Shown: positions 19,156-28,934 of the stretch, in pieces | Layout: every line of letters starts with the position of its first letter | Position numbering within the stretch: position 1 is the first letter of the stretch | The notes under the pieces: generated by a model | Database searches by the model: none | What the model was told of the DNA's origin: nothing | Seen by the model: only the letters and a program-made list of their open reading frames with translations | From: Bacillus subtilis subsp. subtilis str. 168 | GTDB taxonomy: Bacteria; Bacillota; Bacilli; Bacillales; Bacillaceae | NCBI RefSeq assembly: GCF_000009045.1 | Contig: NC_000964.3 | Coordinates: forward strand, 2,460,001-2,492,000 | Reading direction: 5' to 3' | DNA length: 32,000 nucleotides | Made by a program: the position numbers and the translations under genes

Positions 19156-20625
19156 GTGAAAACAAACCAACAACCAAAAGCAGTAATTGTCATATTCGGT
19201 GCAACTGGAGATTTAGCAAAACGAAAATTGTATCCGTCTATTCACCGTTTATATCAAAACGGACAAATCGGAGAAGAGTTTGCAGTGGTAGGAGTTGGAA
19301 GAAGACCTTGGTCTAATGAGGATCTTCGCCAAACTGTTAAAACATCCATTTCCTCATCTGCAGATAAGCATATAGATGATTTCACGTCTCATTTTTACTA
19401 TCACCCGTTTGACGTGACAAACCCTGGTTCTTATCAAGAGCTAAACGTATTGCTTAACCAGCTGGAAGATACATATCAAATTCCTAACAACAGAATGTTC
19501 TACTTGGCAATGGCTCCTGAATTCTTCGGAACGATTGCAAAAACATTAAAATCAGAGGGTGTAACAGCTACAACCGGCTGGTCCCGCCTTGTCATCGAAA
19601 AACCGTTCGGCCATGATCTGCCAAGCGCACAGGCATTGAATAAAGAAATCCGCGAAGCATTTACGGAAGATCAAATTTACAGAATCGACCATTATCTAGG
19701 CAAACAAATGGTTCAGAACATTGAAGTGATTCGATTTGCCAATGCGATTTTCGAACCGCTTTGGACAAACCGCTACATTTCAAACATTCAAATCACATCT
19801 AGCGAATCACTAGGCGTTGAAGACCGCGCAAGATATTACGAAAAATCAGGCGCCCTTCGCGACATGGTGCAAAACCATATTATGCAGATGGTTGCCCTTC
19901 TTGCAATGGAGCCGCCTATCAAATTGAACACAGAAGAAATCCGCAGCGAGAAAGTGAAGGTGCTGAGAGCACTGCGTCCTATTGCAAAAGACGAAGTGGA
20001 TGAATACTTTGTGCGCGGACAATATCATGCTGGTGAAATTGACGGTGTACCGGTTCCTGCTTATACAGATGAAGATAATGTCGCTCCTGACTCCAATACA
20101 GAAACCTTTGTTGCCGGCAAGCTCTTGATCGACAACTTCAGATGGGCTGGTGTTCCATTCTACATCAGAACCGGAAAACGAATGAAAGAAAAGTCCACAA
20201 AAATTGTCGTTCAATTTAAGGACATTCCGATGAACCTGTACTACGGTAATGAAAACAACATGAATCCGAACTTGCTTGTCATTCATATTCAGCCTGACGA
20301 AGGCATTACGCTTTACTTAAATGCTAAAAAGCTTGGCGGAGCAGCACACGCACAGCCAATCAAACTCGATTATTGCAGCAATTGCAATGACGAGTTGAAC
20401 ACCCCTGAAGCATATGAAAAACTAATTCACGACTGTCTTCTTGGCGATGCAACAAACTTTGCACACTGGGATGAAGTTGCCCTTTCTTGGAGCTTTGTCG
20501 ACTCTATTTCTGAAACATGGGCAGCAAACAAAACCTTATCTCCTAACTACGAATCAGGCTCAATGGGACCGAAAGAATCTGATGATCTTTTGGTGAAAGA
20601 CGGCTTACACTGGTGGAACATATAA
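19156..20625 (+). CDS. zwf: Glucose-6-phosphate 1-dehydrogenase
   Basis: 489 aa; VIFGATGDLAKRKLYPS, RIDHYLGKQMVQN. Confidence 0.97.
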   Translation: MKTNQQPKAVIVIFGATGDLAKRKLYPSIHRLYQNGQIGEEFAVVGVGRRPWSNEDLRQTVKTSISSSADKHIDDFTSHFYYHPFDVTNPGSYQELNVLLNQLEDTYQIPNNRMFYLAMAPEFFGTIAKTLKSEGVTATTGWSRLVIEKPFGHDLPSAQALNKEIREAFTEDQIYRIDHYLGKQMVQNIEVIRFANAIFEPLWTNRYISNIQITSSESLGVEDRARYYEKSGALRDMVQNHIMQMVALLAMEPPIKLNTEEIRSEKVKVLRALRPIAKDEVDEYFVRGQYHAGEIDGVPVPAYTDEDNVAPDSNTETFVAGKLLIDNFRWAGVPFYIRTGKRMKEKSTKIVVQFKDIPMNLYYGNENNMNPNLLVIHIQPDEGITLYLNAKKLGGAAHAQPIKLDYCSNCNDELNTPEAYEKLIHDCLLGDATNFAHWDEVALSWSFVDSISETWAANKTLSPNYESGSMGPKESDDLLVKDGLHWWNI

Positions 20626-20630
20626 TAAGA

Positions 20631-20674
20631 AGAAAAAAGCCGAAATAGTTTACTAAGCATTTTCGGTCTTTTTT
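20631..20674 (+). terminator. Intrinsic terminator after zwf
   Basis: AAAAAAGCCGAAAT ... ATTTCGGTCTTTTTT. Confidence 0.8.
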
Positions 20675-20705
20675 ACGCTGAACAAAGGTATAACAATCTC
20701 CTTAA

Positions 20706-20741
20706 TAACAAAACCCCCAAAGCTTAAGAGCTTCGGGGGTT
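20706..20741. terminator. Intrinsic terminator downstream of the minus-strand 6PGDH gene
   Basis: AAACCCCCaaagcttaagagcttcGGGGGTTT. Confidence 0.8.
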
Positions 20742-20749
20742 TCTATTGA

Positions 20750-22159
20750 TTACTTCATCCATTCAGTATGGAAGATGCCTTCTTTGTCAGTACGCTCATA
20801 AGTATGAGCGCCAAAGTAGTCGCGCTGTGCTTGGATTAAGTTTGCAGGCAGTACGGCTGTGCGGTAGCTGTCATAGTAGGCTAATGCGCTTGAGAATGAT
20901 GGCACCGGCACACCTTGGGCAACTGCAAGTGAAATCACTTGGCGAAGCGCTCCTTGATAGCTTTCTACAATATTCTTGAAATAGCTGTCAAGAAGCAGGT
21001 TGTCAAGCTCAGGCTCGCGATCGTAAGCTTCTTTGATCTTCTGAAGGAATGCCGCGCGAATGATGCAACCACCGCGGAAGATCATAGCGATTTCACCATA
21101 TTTCAGATCCCAGTTGTATTCTTCAGAAGCAGCTTTCATTTGGGCAAATCCTTGCGCGTATGAACAGATTTTACTCATGAACAACGCTTTTCTGACCGCT
21201 TCAATCAGCTCTTCTTTATTTTCTGTAACAGGCTTCACTTCTGGTCCTGAAAGAAGTCCGCTCGCTTTTACACGCTCTTCCTTCATAGCTGAGATAAAGC
21301 GTGCGAATACAGATTCAGTAATAATCGGAAGCGGAACGCCTAAGTCAAGTGCGCTTTGGCTTGTCCATTTTCCTGTTCCTTTTTGGCCTGCTTTATCAAG
21401 AATCACATCAACAAGCGGTTTGCCTGTTTCTTCGTCTTTTTTTGTGAAGATGTCAGCCGTAATCTCAATCAGGTAGCTATCAAGCTCACCTTTATTCCAT
21501 TCAGCGAAAACTTCATGAAGCTCATCAGCAGAAAGGCCCAGCACCTGTTTCAGAATGAAATATGATTCAGAGATCAGCTGCATATCTCCGTATTCAATTC
21601 CGTTGTGCACCATTTTTACGTAATGGCCGGCGCCGTCCGGACCGATATATGTCGTACAAGGTTCTCCGTCAACTTTTGCAGAAATGGCTTCAAGAATCGG
21701 TTTTACAAGCTCATGTGCTTCTTTTTGTCCGCCAGGCATGATAGAAGGTCCTTTAAGCGCTCCTTCTTCTCCGCCGGAAACGCCTGTTCCGATAAAATGA
21801 ATGCCGCTTTCAGCGAGTTCTTTGTTACGGCGCTGTGTATCTTTATAGTATGTATTACCGCCGTCAATTAAAATATCATCCTTCTCTAGATGAGGAAGAA
21901 GAGATTGAATTGTCGCATCTGTTGCAGTTCCCGCTTTAACCATTAATAAGATTTTGCGCGGTGTTTCCAAGGATTGGACAAATTCTTCAATGCTGTAAGT
22001 GCCAACAACATTTTTTCCTTTTGCCTCCTGTAAAAACTCCTCAGTTTTACTGCTTGATCTGTTGTAAACAGAAACAGAAAATCCCCGGCTTTCGATATTT
22101 AAAGCCAGATTTTTACCCATGACCGCAAGTCCGATAACGCCGATTTGTTGTTTTGACAT
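20750..22159 (-). CDS. gndA: 6-phosphogluconate dehydrogenase (NADP-type, decarboxylating)
   Basis: 469 aa; [60 protein letters not shown]. Also known as yqjI/gndZ. Confidence 0.95.
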   Translation of the reverse strand: MSKQQIGVIGLAVMGKNLALNIESRGFSVSVYNRSSSKTEEFLQEAKGKNVVGTYSIEEFVQSLETPRKILLMVKAGTATDATIQSLLPHLEKDDILIDGGNTYYKDTQRRNKELAESGIHFIGTGVSGGEEGALKGPSIMPGGQKEAHELVKPILEAISAKVDGEPCTTYIGPDGAGHYVKMVHNGIEYGDMQLISESYFILKQVLGLSADELHEVFAEWNKGELDSYLIEITADIFTKKDEETGKPLVDVILDKAGQKGTGKWTSQSALDLGVPLPIITESVFARFISAMKEERVKASGLLSGPEVKPVTENKEELIEAVRKALFMSKICSYAQGFAQMKAASEEYNWDLKYGEIAMIFRGGCIIRAAFLQKIKEAYDREPELDNLLLDSYFKNIVESYQGALRQVISLAVAQGVPVPSFSSALAYYDSYRTAVLPANLIQAQRDYFGAHTYERTDKEGIFHTEWMK

Positions 22160-22268
22160 ATTCTAACGTCCCTTCTGCAAACGTTTAATCATTTTAAAAT
22201 TTAAATTAAAATAAAATGATATTTATAATAAAGAAATTACCATACATTCACCCTTTTTTTCAAGCGAT

Positions 22269-23513
22269 TCAGCTTTTCTTTTCATCTTGAAAAAAATCTT
22301 TATTAAAGCTTGTTCCCTTTGTTTTGCTCTCCTCTTTTTTTAACGTTGCCCCTTTTCTGATCAGTTTGGTACCGTACTTTTTATTCAGCTTTTCCATCAT
22401 CTGCTGAATGGGCTCATCCTTCGCATCTTCATTAAAGCTGAACAAATCGAGCTGTTTATAGGCCTGCTCTTTTTCTACTAAATCCGTTCCGGTAATGCCA
22501 AGCAGCCTGACAGGATTTTTATTCCAATGTTTAAAAAAGAGGTGCTCCGCTTCTTTCAAAATGTCATTTTTTTGATCAATCGGGTTTCTCAGCGTAGTGC
22601 TTCTTGTGATGGTTCTCCAATCCGCATATCTAATCATAATAAAAAGCTTCGAAGCCATGACTTCCTTGCGCTGTAAACGGTCACTCACAGAAGCGGCAAG
22701 CTTTCTAAAAACGCCTAACAGCTCTTCTTCATCACTGGAATCATGGGAAAGTGTCGATGAGTTGCCGACGCTTTTAAATTCGTAAATGCGCTCCGGGTCA
22801 ACCGGCGCATGGTGAATGCCATTTGCTTTATTTTTAAGGCGCGGACCGTTGATGCCAAGCAGGCGCTTCAGCGAGTGTTCATCAGCTGCAGCTAGCTCTC
22901 CGATTGTATGGATGCCGAGTCCCTTCAGTTTTTCCGCTGTCTTTTTGCCGACTCCGTGCATCTCTCCAACAGGAAGCGGCCACAGGATATCGGGCACTTG
23001 CCTCTTTCTTAAGATCGTAATTCCAAGCGGTTTTTTCATATCAGACGCCATCTTAGCGAGAAATTTATTCGGTGCAATCCCTATGCTTGACGGGAGCAGC
23101 AGCTCTTTTTGCAGCCTGCTTTGGATTTCTTTTGCCGTCTCTAGAGCGCGGCTGCTGTATGGTGTATCGGTCATGTCCATATAGCCTTCGTCGATGGAGA
23201 CAGGCTCCACTAGGTCAGTATATTCACGAAGAATGGTAAACATCGCTCGTGAAGAGTTTCTATAGCGGTCAAAGTTCGGCGGAAGAACGATGAGCTCAGG
23301 ACAATGGCGCTTCGCTTGCCAAACCGGCATCGTTGTTTTGACGCCGCGCGCTCTTGCTTCGTAGCTGCATGTTACCACAATGCCCTTTCGCTCCTTTACG
23401 TTTCCGGCAACTGCGACCGGCTTTCCCCGGAGAGCCGGATCATATGCCATTTCAACCGACGCATAAAAGCTATTCATATCAATATGGAAAATAATTCGGC
23501 TCTTTCCCGGCAT
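22269..23513 (-). CDS. polYA: DinB/Pol IV-type Y-family DNA polymerase, Pol Y1
   Basis: 414 aa from MPGKSRIIFHIDMNSFYASVEMAYDP; YSIDEGYMD-like EPVSIDEGYMDMT; C-terminal QLDLFSF clamp-binding-like motif. Start after AAAGGAGA. Confidence 0.94.
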   Translation of the reverse strand: MPGKSRIIFHIDMNSFYASVEMAYDPALRGKPVAVAGNVKERKGIVVTCSYEARARGVKTTMPVWQAKRHCPELIVLPPNFDRYRNSSRAMFTILREYTDLVEPVSIDEGYMDMTDTPYSSRALETAKEIQSRLQKELLLPSSIGIAPNKFLAKMASDMKKPLGITILRKRQVPDILWPLPVGEMHGVGKKTAEKLKGLGIHTIGELAAADEHSLKRLLGINGPRLKNKANGIHHAPVDPERIYEFKSVGNSSTLSHDSSDEEELLGVFRKLAASVSDRLQRKEVMASKLFIMIRYADWRTITRSTTLRNPIDQKNDILKEAEHLFFKHWNKNPVRLLGITGTDLVEKEQAYKQLDLFSFNEDAKDEPIQQMMEKLNKKYGTKLIRKGATLKKEESKTKGTSFNKDFFQDEKKS

Positions 23514-23585
23514 AAACAAATCTCCTTTTCGGTCATTAGACAACAGCTTGTACATATAGTAAAATGAAGCTATTGAATGGATGTG

Positions 23586-23873
23586 ATGACAATGTTTGTG
23601 GAATCGATAAATGACGTTTTATTCTTAGTCGATTTTTTCACAATTATTCTTCCTGCTCTAACGGCAATCGGGATTGCATTCCTCTTACGGGAGTGCCGTG
23701 CGGGCGAGCAATGGAAATCAAAACGAACAGATGAACATCAGACGGTCTTTCACATTAACCGAACAGACTTTCTTATTATTATATATCATCGCATTACAAC
23801 TTGGATACGTAAAGTCTTCCGCATGAATTCGCCTGTGAACGATGAGGAAGACGCCGGTTCTCTTCTTTTATAA
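23586..23873 (+). CDS. mifM: MifM, ribosome-arresting leader/sensor peptide for yidC2
   Basis: 95 aa; N-terminal TM (DVLFLVDFFTIILPALTAIGIAFLL) and C-terminal RITTWIRKVFRMNSPVNDEEDAGSLLL matching the MifM arrest region; just upstream of yidC2. Track start at 23577 is upstream. Confidence 0.9.
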   Translation: MTMFVESINDVLFLVDFFTIILPALTAIGIAFLLRECRAGEQWKSKRTDEHQTVFHINRTDFLIIIYHRITTWIRKVFRMNSPVNDEEDAGSLLL

Positions 23874-23899
23874 ACCGCATTTATAAAAAGGAGGAGAAC
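23857..23899 (+). promoter_or_regulatory. RNA hairpin sequestering the yidC2 Shine-Dalgarno, overlapping the 3' end of mifM
   Basis: GTTCTCTTCTTTTATAAA ccgca TTTATAAAAAGGAGGAGAAC; the SD AGGAGGAG lies in the 3' arm. Confidence 0.9.
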
Positions 23900-23903
23900 A
23901 AAA

Positions 23904-24731
23904 TTGTTAAAAACATATCAAAAACTTTTGGCTATGGGTATCTTTTTGATCGTATTATGCTCGGGCAATGCTGCATTTGCAGCGACTAATCAGGTGGGAG
24001 GCCTCAGCAACGTAGGTTTTTTCCACGATTATTTAATCGAACCGTTTTCCGCTCTGCTTAAGGGTGTTGCCGGGCTGTTTCACGGAGAATACGGACTCTC
24101 TATTATCCTCGTAACCATTATTGTGCGTATAGTTGTATTGCCTTTGTTTGTCAATCAGTTCAAAAAACAGCGCATCTTCCAAGAGAAAATGGCCGTTATT
24201 AAACCTCAGGTTGACAGTATCCAGGTTAAGTTGAAAAAGACGAAGGACCCGGAAAAGCAAAAAGAGCTGCAAATGGAAATGATGAAGCTGTATCAGGAGC
24301 ATAATATCAACCCGCTTGCGATGGGCTGTCTTCCAATGCTGATTCAGTCTCCGATTATGATTGGGCTTTATTACGCGATTCGCTCAACACCTGAAATTGC
24401 GTCACACTCGTTTCTATGGTTCAGTTTAGGGCAATCTGATATTCTCATGTCCCTTAGTGCAGGGATTATGTATTTTGTCCAAGCCTATATCGCTCAAAAA
24501 CTGAGCGCGAAATATTCCGCTGTCCCGCAAAACCCTGCAGCGCAGCAATCCGCAAAATTGATGGTGTTCATCTTCCCTGTGATGATGACGATTTTCTCGC
24601 TTAATGTGCCGGCAGCCCTTCCGCTGTACTGGTTTACAAGCGGACTGTTTTTGACAGTGCAAAACATCGTCCTTCAGATGACGCATCATAAAAGTAAAAA
24701 AACAGCCGCTCTTACTGAGTCGGTGAAATAA
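23904..24731 (+). CDS. yidC2: Membrane protein insertase YidC2 (SpoIIIJ paralogue)
   Basis: 275 aa, TTG start; lipoprotein-like signal with VLCSG; VRIVVLPLFVNQFKKQRIFQEKM, NPLAMGCLPMLIQSPIMIGLYYAI. Also yqjG/misCB. Confidence 0.95.
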   Translation: MLKTYQKLLAMGIFLIVLCSGNAAFAATNQVGGLSNVGFFHDYLIEPFSALLKGVAGLFHGEYGLSIILVTIIVRIVVLPLFVNQFKKQRIFQEKMAVIKPQVDSIQVKLKKTKDPEKQKELQMEMMKLYQEHNINPLAMGCLPMLIQSPIMIGLYYAIRSTPEIASHSFLWFSLGQSDILMSLSAGIMYFVQAYIAQKLSAKYSAVPQNPAAQQSAKLMVFIFPVMMTIFSLNVPAALPLYWFTSGLFLTVQNIVLQMTHHKSKKTAALTESVK

Positions 24732-24768
24732 AAAAGCAACCCCGTGCAAAAAGCCGGGGTTGTTTTTT
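24730..24768 (+). terminator. Intrinsic terminator after yidC2
   Basis: AAAAAAGCAACCCCG tgcaaaaag CCGGGGTTGTTTTTT. Confidence 0.9.
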
Positions 24769-24910
24769 GTTACTTGCAAAGTACCGCGCCAAACAGTCTT
24801 GTTTATCATGGCTGAAGCAGAAATGGCCATCCTAAAAAATAGCCGTATCGTTTAAAAAGAAGGAAATCGGGAATACCTTTACTCACCTCCAACCGAAAGG
24901 AGCCTATACG

Positions 24911-25639
24911 TTGACGGAACGCTTTCAGCAAAAAAATATTTCTGTACCTGATGGAATCTGGATCATGAGACAAACCTGGAATGATGTCTTATTTGCTCAC
25001 TGGCCTGTTGATGTTTCTATCCTTCGCGCTTTGGTACCGTCCGTTTTAGAATTAGATACATATAACGGGCAAGCTTGGATCAGCATGCTTCCCTTTATGC
25101 TCACGAACCTGAGGGCGCGTTATCTCCCTGTCATTCCCGGTGCGCGTGCATTTCCTGAGCTTAACCTCCGCACCTATGTCACGTATAAAGGCAAGCCCGG
25201 CATTTATTTTTTTAGCTTAGATGCCGATCATCGTCTGGCGGTCCTTGGCGCTCGCACATTCTTTCATCTGCCTTATTTTTACGCGGATATGAAGTCCGAA
25301 AAAAACGGTGATGCCATTGACTATGTCAGCAAGCGGAAAAATGACAAAGAAGCAGCATTCCACGCCGCATACCGGCCAATTTCAGCGCCTTTTACAGCAG
25401 AAAAGGATTCGCTCGATTACTGGCTGACAGAACGATACAGGCTCTACACCACTTATCGCAATAAGCTCTATTACGAAGACATCCATCATCATCCGTGGCT
25501 GCTGCAAAACGCCGAAGCAGAAATTTCAGTCAATACGGTGACTGATGCTCACGGTATTACATTGCCGGAGTCAGACCCCTTGCTTCATTATGCTAAAAAA
25601 CAGGATGTGTTATTTTGGCCGCTTAGGAAATGGAGCTAA
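24911..25639 (+). CDS. yqjF: DUF2071-type conserved protein
   Basis: 242 aa: MRQTWNDVLFAHWPVDVSILRALVPSVLELDTYNGQAWISMLPF. Confidence 0.85.
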   Translation: MTERFQQKNISVPDGIWIMRQTWNDVLFAHWPVDVSILRALVPSVLELDTYNGQAWISMLPFMLTNLRARYLPVIPGARAFPELNLRTYVTYKGKPGIYFFSLDADHRLAVLGARTFFHLPYFYADMKSEKNGDAIDYVSKRKNDKEAAFHAAYRPISAPFTAEKDSLDYWLTERYRLYTTYRNKLYYEDIHHHPWLLQNAEAEISVNTVTDAHGITLPESDPLLHYAKKQDVLFWPLRKWS

Positions 25640-25680
25640 AAAAACCCGATGCGGGAAATCGCACTCGGGTTTTCTTTTTT
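25639..25680. terminator. Bidirectional intrinsic terminator between yqjF and yqjE
   Basis: AAAAAAACCCGATGCGggaaatCGCACTCGGGTTTCTTTTTTT. Confidence 0.85.
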
Positions 25681-26795
25681 TATTTTGCCGCCTCTTCAAT
25701 AATGGCAACAACCATTTCTGCCGTTTTAACGAGCTCTTCGATCGGCATTTTTTCATTTTTTGTATGGATTTGCTCATAACCGACAGCAAGATTGACCGTC
25801 GGGATGCCATGACCAGCGATTACGTTCGCGTCGCTTCCGCCGCCGCTCGTTTGCAGCTCGCTTGGACGTCCGATTTTAGCAGCCGCTTTTTTCGCGATTT
25901 CAACAACTTGGTCGCCGTCTTGATATTTAAAGCCCGGATACATAACCTCAATTTCGACTTCTGCGCGTCCGCCCATATCAGCAGCTGCCTCTTCAAAAGC
26001 AGCTTTCATTTTTTGAACCTGAGCTTCCATTTTCTCAGGAACTAAAGAGCGCGCTTCAGCAAGAATATGAACTTCGTCGCACACAATGTTTGTTTGTGTG
26101 CCGCCTTCAAACCGGCCGATATTAGCTGTTGTTTCTTCATCGATACGGCCCAATGGCATTTTTGAGATGGCTTTGCTAGCGATTGTAATCGCTGAAATGC
26201 CTTTTTCAGGTTCAACCCCGGCGTGAGCGGTTTTCCCGAAAATTGCCGCTCTTACCTTCGCCTGTGTCGGCGCGGCCACAATGATATTTCCGACTTTTCC
26301 GTCTGAATCAAGAGCATAGCCGTAGGATGCAGTGATCATAGAACGGTCAAGCGCCTTCGCTCCGATCAGACCCGATTCTTCCCCTACTGTGATGATGAAT
26401 TCAATCGTGCCGTGTTCAATATTTTCTTCTTTCAGCACCTTAATCGCCTCAAACATTGCAGCCAATCCCGCTTTATCATCAGCACCTAAAATCGTCGTGC
26501 CGTCAGTTTTGACGTAACCGTTCTCTACAACTGGTTTTACGCCGTTTCCGGGTACAACTGTGTCCATATGAGATGTAAAATAGATCGTATCTGTTTGTTT
26601 TGTCCCTTTTAGCGTGCAAATCAGGTTACCGGCTCCGTGGCCCGTGATATCCATTGTATCGTCTTCTTTAACGTCCACACCTAAATCAGAAAATTTTCGT
26701 TTCAGCACTTTGCAGATTTCAGCTTCGTGCTTTGTTTCTGAGTCAATTTGGACAAGCTCTAAAAATTCTTCCAGCAGGCGTTTTTCATTCACCAT
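25680..26795 (-). CDS. yqjE: M20 family (peptidase T-like) metallopeptidase
   Basis: 371 aa; SHMDTVVPG, ILGADDKAGLAAMFEA, FIITVGEESGLIGAKAL, SGGGSDANV. Confidence 0.92.
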   Translation of the reverse strand: MVNEKRLLEEFLELVQIDSETKHEAEICKVLKRKFSDLGVDVKEDDTMDITGHGAGNLICTLKGTKQTDTIYFTSHMDTVVPGNGVKPVVENGYVKTDGTTILGADDKAGLAAMFEAIKVLKEENIEHGTIEFIITVGEESGLIGAKALDRSMITASYGYALDSDGKVGNIIVAAPTQAKVRAAIFGKTAHAGVEPEKGISAITIASKAISKMPLGRIDEETTANIGRFEGGTQTNIVCDEVHILAEARSLVPEKMEAQVQKMKAAFEEAAADMGGRAEVEIEVMYPGFKYQDGDQVVEIAKKAAAKIGRPSELQTSGGGSDANVIAGHGIPTVNLAVGYEQIHTKNEKMPIEELVKTAEMVVAIIEEAAK

Positions 26796-26812
26796 TTGTA
26801 AGTCCCTCCATA

Positions 26813-28342
26813 TTAAAGCGGTATGTTACCGTGCTTTTTTTTCGGTCTCTCTTCTGTCTTATGTGTAAGCATATGAAAAGCTTGAATCAGTCTTCCCCTT
26901 GATTCTTCCGGCAAAATGATGTCATCGACCATTCCACAAGCGGCCGCTTTGTATGGGCCGGCGTTTTGCTTTTTGTATTCAGCAGTTTTTTCGCGTTTCG
27001 TCTTTTGCGGGTCAGCTGAAGCTTTGATTTCCTTTTCATACAAAATCGATGCCGCACCTTCTGGACCCATCACTGCGATTTCAGCATTCGGCCATGCAAA
27101 CACAAGGTCCGCTCCGATCGCTTTGCTGTTCATGGCCACATAGGCGCCGCCGTACGCTTTTCTAATGATGAGTGTGACTTTTGGGACAGTCGCTTCAGCA
27201 TAAGCAAACAATAATTTTGCTCCATGCCTGATGATTCCGTTGTGCTCTTGCTGAATACCCGGCAGAAACCCCGGGACATCTTCGACAGTCAACAGCGGGA
27301 TATCAAATGCGTCACAAAAACGGATGAACCTTGCTGCTTTATCAGCAGCGTCAATCGTCAGGCTTCCCGCCAGATGCTTCGGCTGGCTCGCCACGATGCC
27401 GATTGCTTTTTCACCCAGCCTTGCAAACCCAATGACAATGTTCTTCGCAAAAAATGGCTGAATCTCAAAAAAAGACTGCGGGTCAGCCAGCTCCCTAATC
27501 ACCTTCCGAACATCATAAGGCTTTGTCGTATCAGCAGGGACAAGACGGTTTAATAACGGTCTGGACGCCTCTTTCTCTGGCTTCGGCTCTGTTGTCCGGC
27601 CATTCAGCGGCAAATAAGACAGTAGTTTTCTCACCCCTGTCAGAACCTCCTTCTCCGTATGCCCGGAAAAGTGGGCGTTTCCGCTGACGGCATTATGTAT
27701 CCCCGCTCCGCCTAAGCTCTCCGCATCAACCTGTTCCCCTGTCACTTTTTCAATCACCTTCGGGCCGGTAATAAACATCCGGCCAGTCTGTTCAGCCATA
27801 AATATAAAATCTGTGAGTGCCGGAGAATATACAGCGCCTCCAGCGCACGGCCCTAAAATAACCGATATTTGCGGAATGACTCCGGAATATAAGACGTTTC
27901 GGTAAAATATGTGACCGTATCCATCTAATGATAACACACCCTCTTGAATTCTCGCACCACCTGAGTCATTCAGCCCGATAATCGGCGCCTTATTTTTTGC
28001 TGCCAGATCCATCAAAGCGCAGATTTTCCTGGCATGGGTTTCGCCAAGCGCCCCTCCGTACACTGTGAAGTCTTGCGCAAATACATAAACTGAGCGACCG
28101 TCAATTGTGCCGTACCCTGTCACGACCCCATCCCCTAACATGCGCTGTTCTCTTGTTAACACTTGACTTTCCATGAAGGGGTGTAATTCGATAAAGCTGT
28201 CCTGATCTAGAAGAAATATGATCCTTTCCCGAGCAGTGAGCTTGCCCTTTTGCCGCTGCTGAGCCAGCTTTTCCCGTCCTCCGCCTTCTTCTGCCTGCTT
28301 GCGTTTCGTGTAAAAATGATCCATGTGCTCATTCATGCTCAT
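26813..28342 (-). CDS. yqjD: Acyl-CoA carboxylase beta (carboxyltransferase) subunit, methylmalonyl-CoA decarboxylase alpha-like
   Basis: 509 or 507 aa; GARIQEGV, ILGPCAGGAVYSPALTDF, FLPGIQQEHNGIIRHGAKLLFAYAEATVPKVTLI. Exact start uncertain (28342 or 28336). Confidence 0.9.
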   Translation of the reverse strand: MSMNEHMDHFYTKRKQAEEGGGREKLAQQRQKGKLTARERIIFLLDQDSFIELHPFMESQVLTREQRMLGDGVVTGYGTIDGRSVYVFAQDFTVYGGALGETHARKICALMDLAAKNKAPIIGLNDSGGARIQEGVLSLDGYGHIFYRNVLYSGVIPQISVILGPCAGGAVYSPALTDFIFMAEQTGRMFITGPKVIEKVTGEQVDAESLGGAGIHNAVSGNAHFSGHTEKEVLTGVRKLLSYLPLNGRTTEPKPEKEASRPLLNRLVPADTTKPYDVRKVIRELADPQSFFEIQPFFAKNIVIGFARLGEKAIGIVASQPKHLAGSLTIDAADKAARFIRFCDAFDIPLLTVEDVPGFLPGIQQEHNGIIRHGAKLLFAYAEATVPKVTLIIRKAYGGAYVAMNSKAIGADLVFAWPNAEIAVMGPEGAASILYEKEIKASADPQKTKREKTAEYKKQNAGPYKAAACGMVDDIILPEESRGRLIQAFHMLTHKTEERPKKKHGNIPL

Positions 28343-28751
28343 TGTGTTGGTCTCCTTTCGGTTCACAAAGCTCTACAAGAACACCGTTTGTTTCCCGAGG
28401 GGAAATAAACGCGATCTTTTTCCCGTTCGCTCCCTGTCTTGGAAACCTGTCAATCAATTGAACATGCTGATCAGACAATGCTTGAAGCTGTTCAGATAGG
28501 CAGTTGCACAAAAACGCAATATGATGCAGTCCCTGCCCTTTCTTCTCCAAAAATAAATGGACGGGGCTGTCAGCTGTCAACGGCTCTATCAGCTCAAGTT
28601 TGACGCTACCAGCTTGAAAAAAAGCAACATTCACCTTTTGCTCTTCAACCGTTTCTTGATGAAGAAATGCAAGCCCCAATACATTTTCATAAAAGCTTCT
28701 TGCATCTTTTATCGAAAAAACGGCTATCCCGATATGGTCAAGCCTGTTCAT
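28329..28751 (-). CDS. yqjC: VOC-fold protein, methylmalonyl-CoA epimerase-like
   Basis: MNRLDHIGIAVFSIKDARSFYENVLGL...KGQGLHHIAFLC...GVLVELCEPKG. Overlaps the 5' end of yqjD. Confidence 0.88.
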   Translation of the reverse strand: MNRLDHIGIAVFSIKDARSFYENVLGLAFLHQETVEEQKVNVAFFQAGSVKLELIEPLTADSPVHLFLEKKGQGLHHIAFLCNCLSEQLQALSDQHVQLIDRFPRQGANGKKIAFISPRETNGVLVELCEPKGDQHNEHE

Positions 28752-28840
28752 TTTCATCCCTGCTTTCGCTAATAGATATCGCTTGTCCGCCCATTCAAAA
28801 CACGCTAAAATATAGACAGATTGTTTAAGGAGTGAAAATC

Positions 28841-28933
28841 ATGTCTCAAAAACTGATGAAAAGCGTTTTGATCGTGATTTTGGGAGTTTTTATTCTTTCA
28901 ACTGTACTCTCAGGAATCGTCATGTTTCTATAA
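28841..28933 (+). CDS. prli42: 30-aa single-TM miniprotein, candidate stressosome-associated Prli42
   Basis: MSQKLMKSVLIVILGVFILSTVLSGIVMFL-stop, AAGGAGTG Shine-Dalgarno 6 nt upstream, followed by a perfect terminator. Name assigned from remembered Prli42 features, not from a search. Confidence 0.75.
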   Translation: MSQKLMKSVLIVILGVFILSTVLSGIVMFL

Positions 28934-28934
28934 C

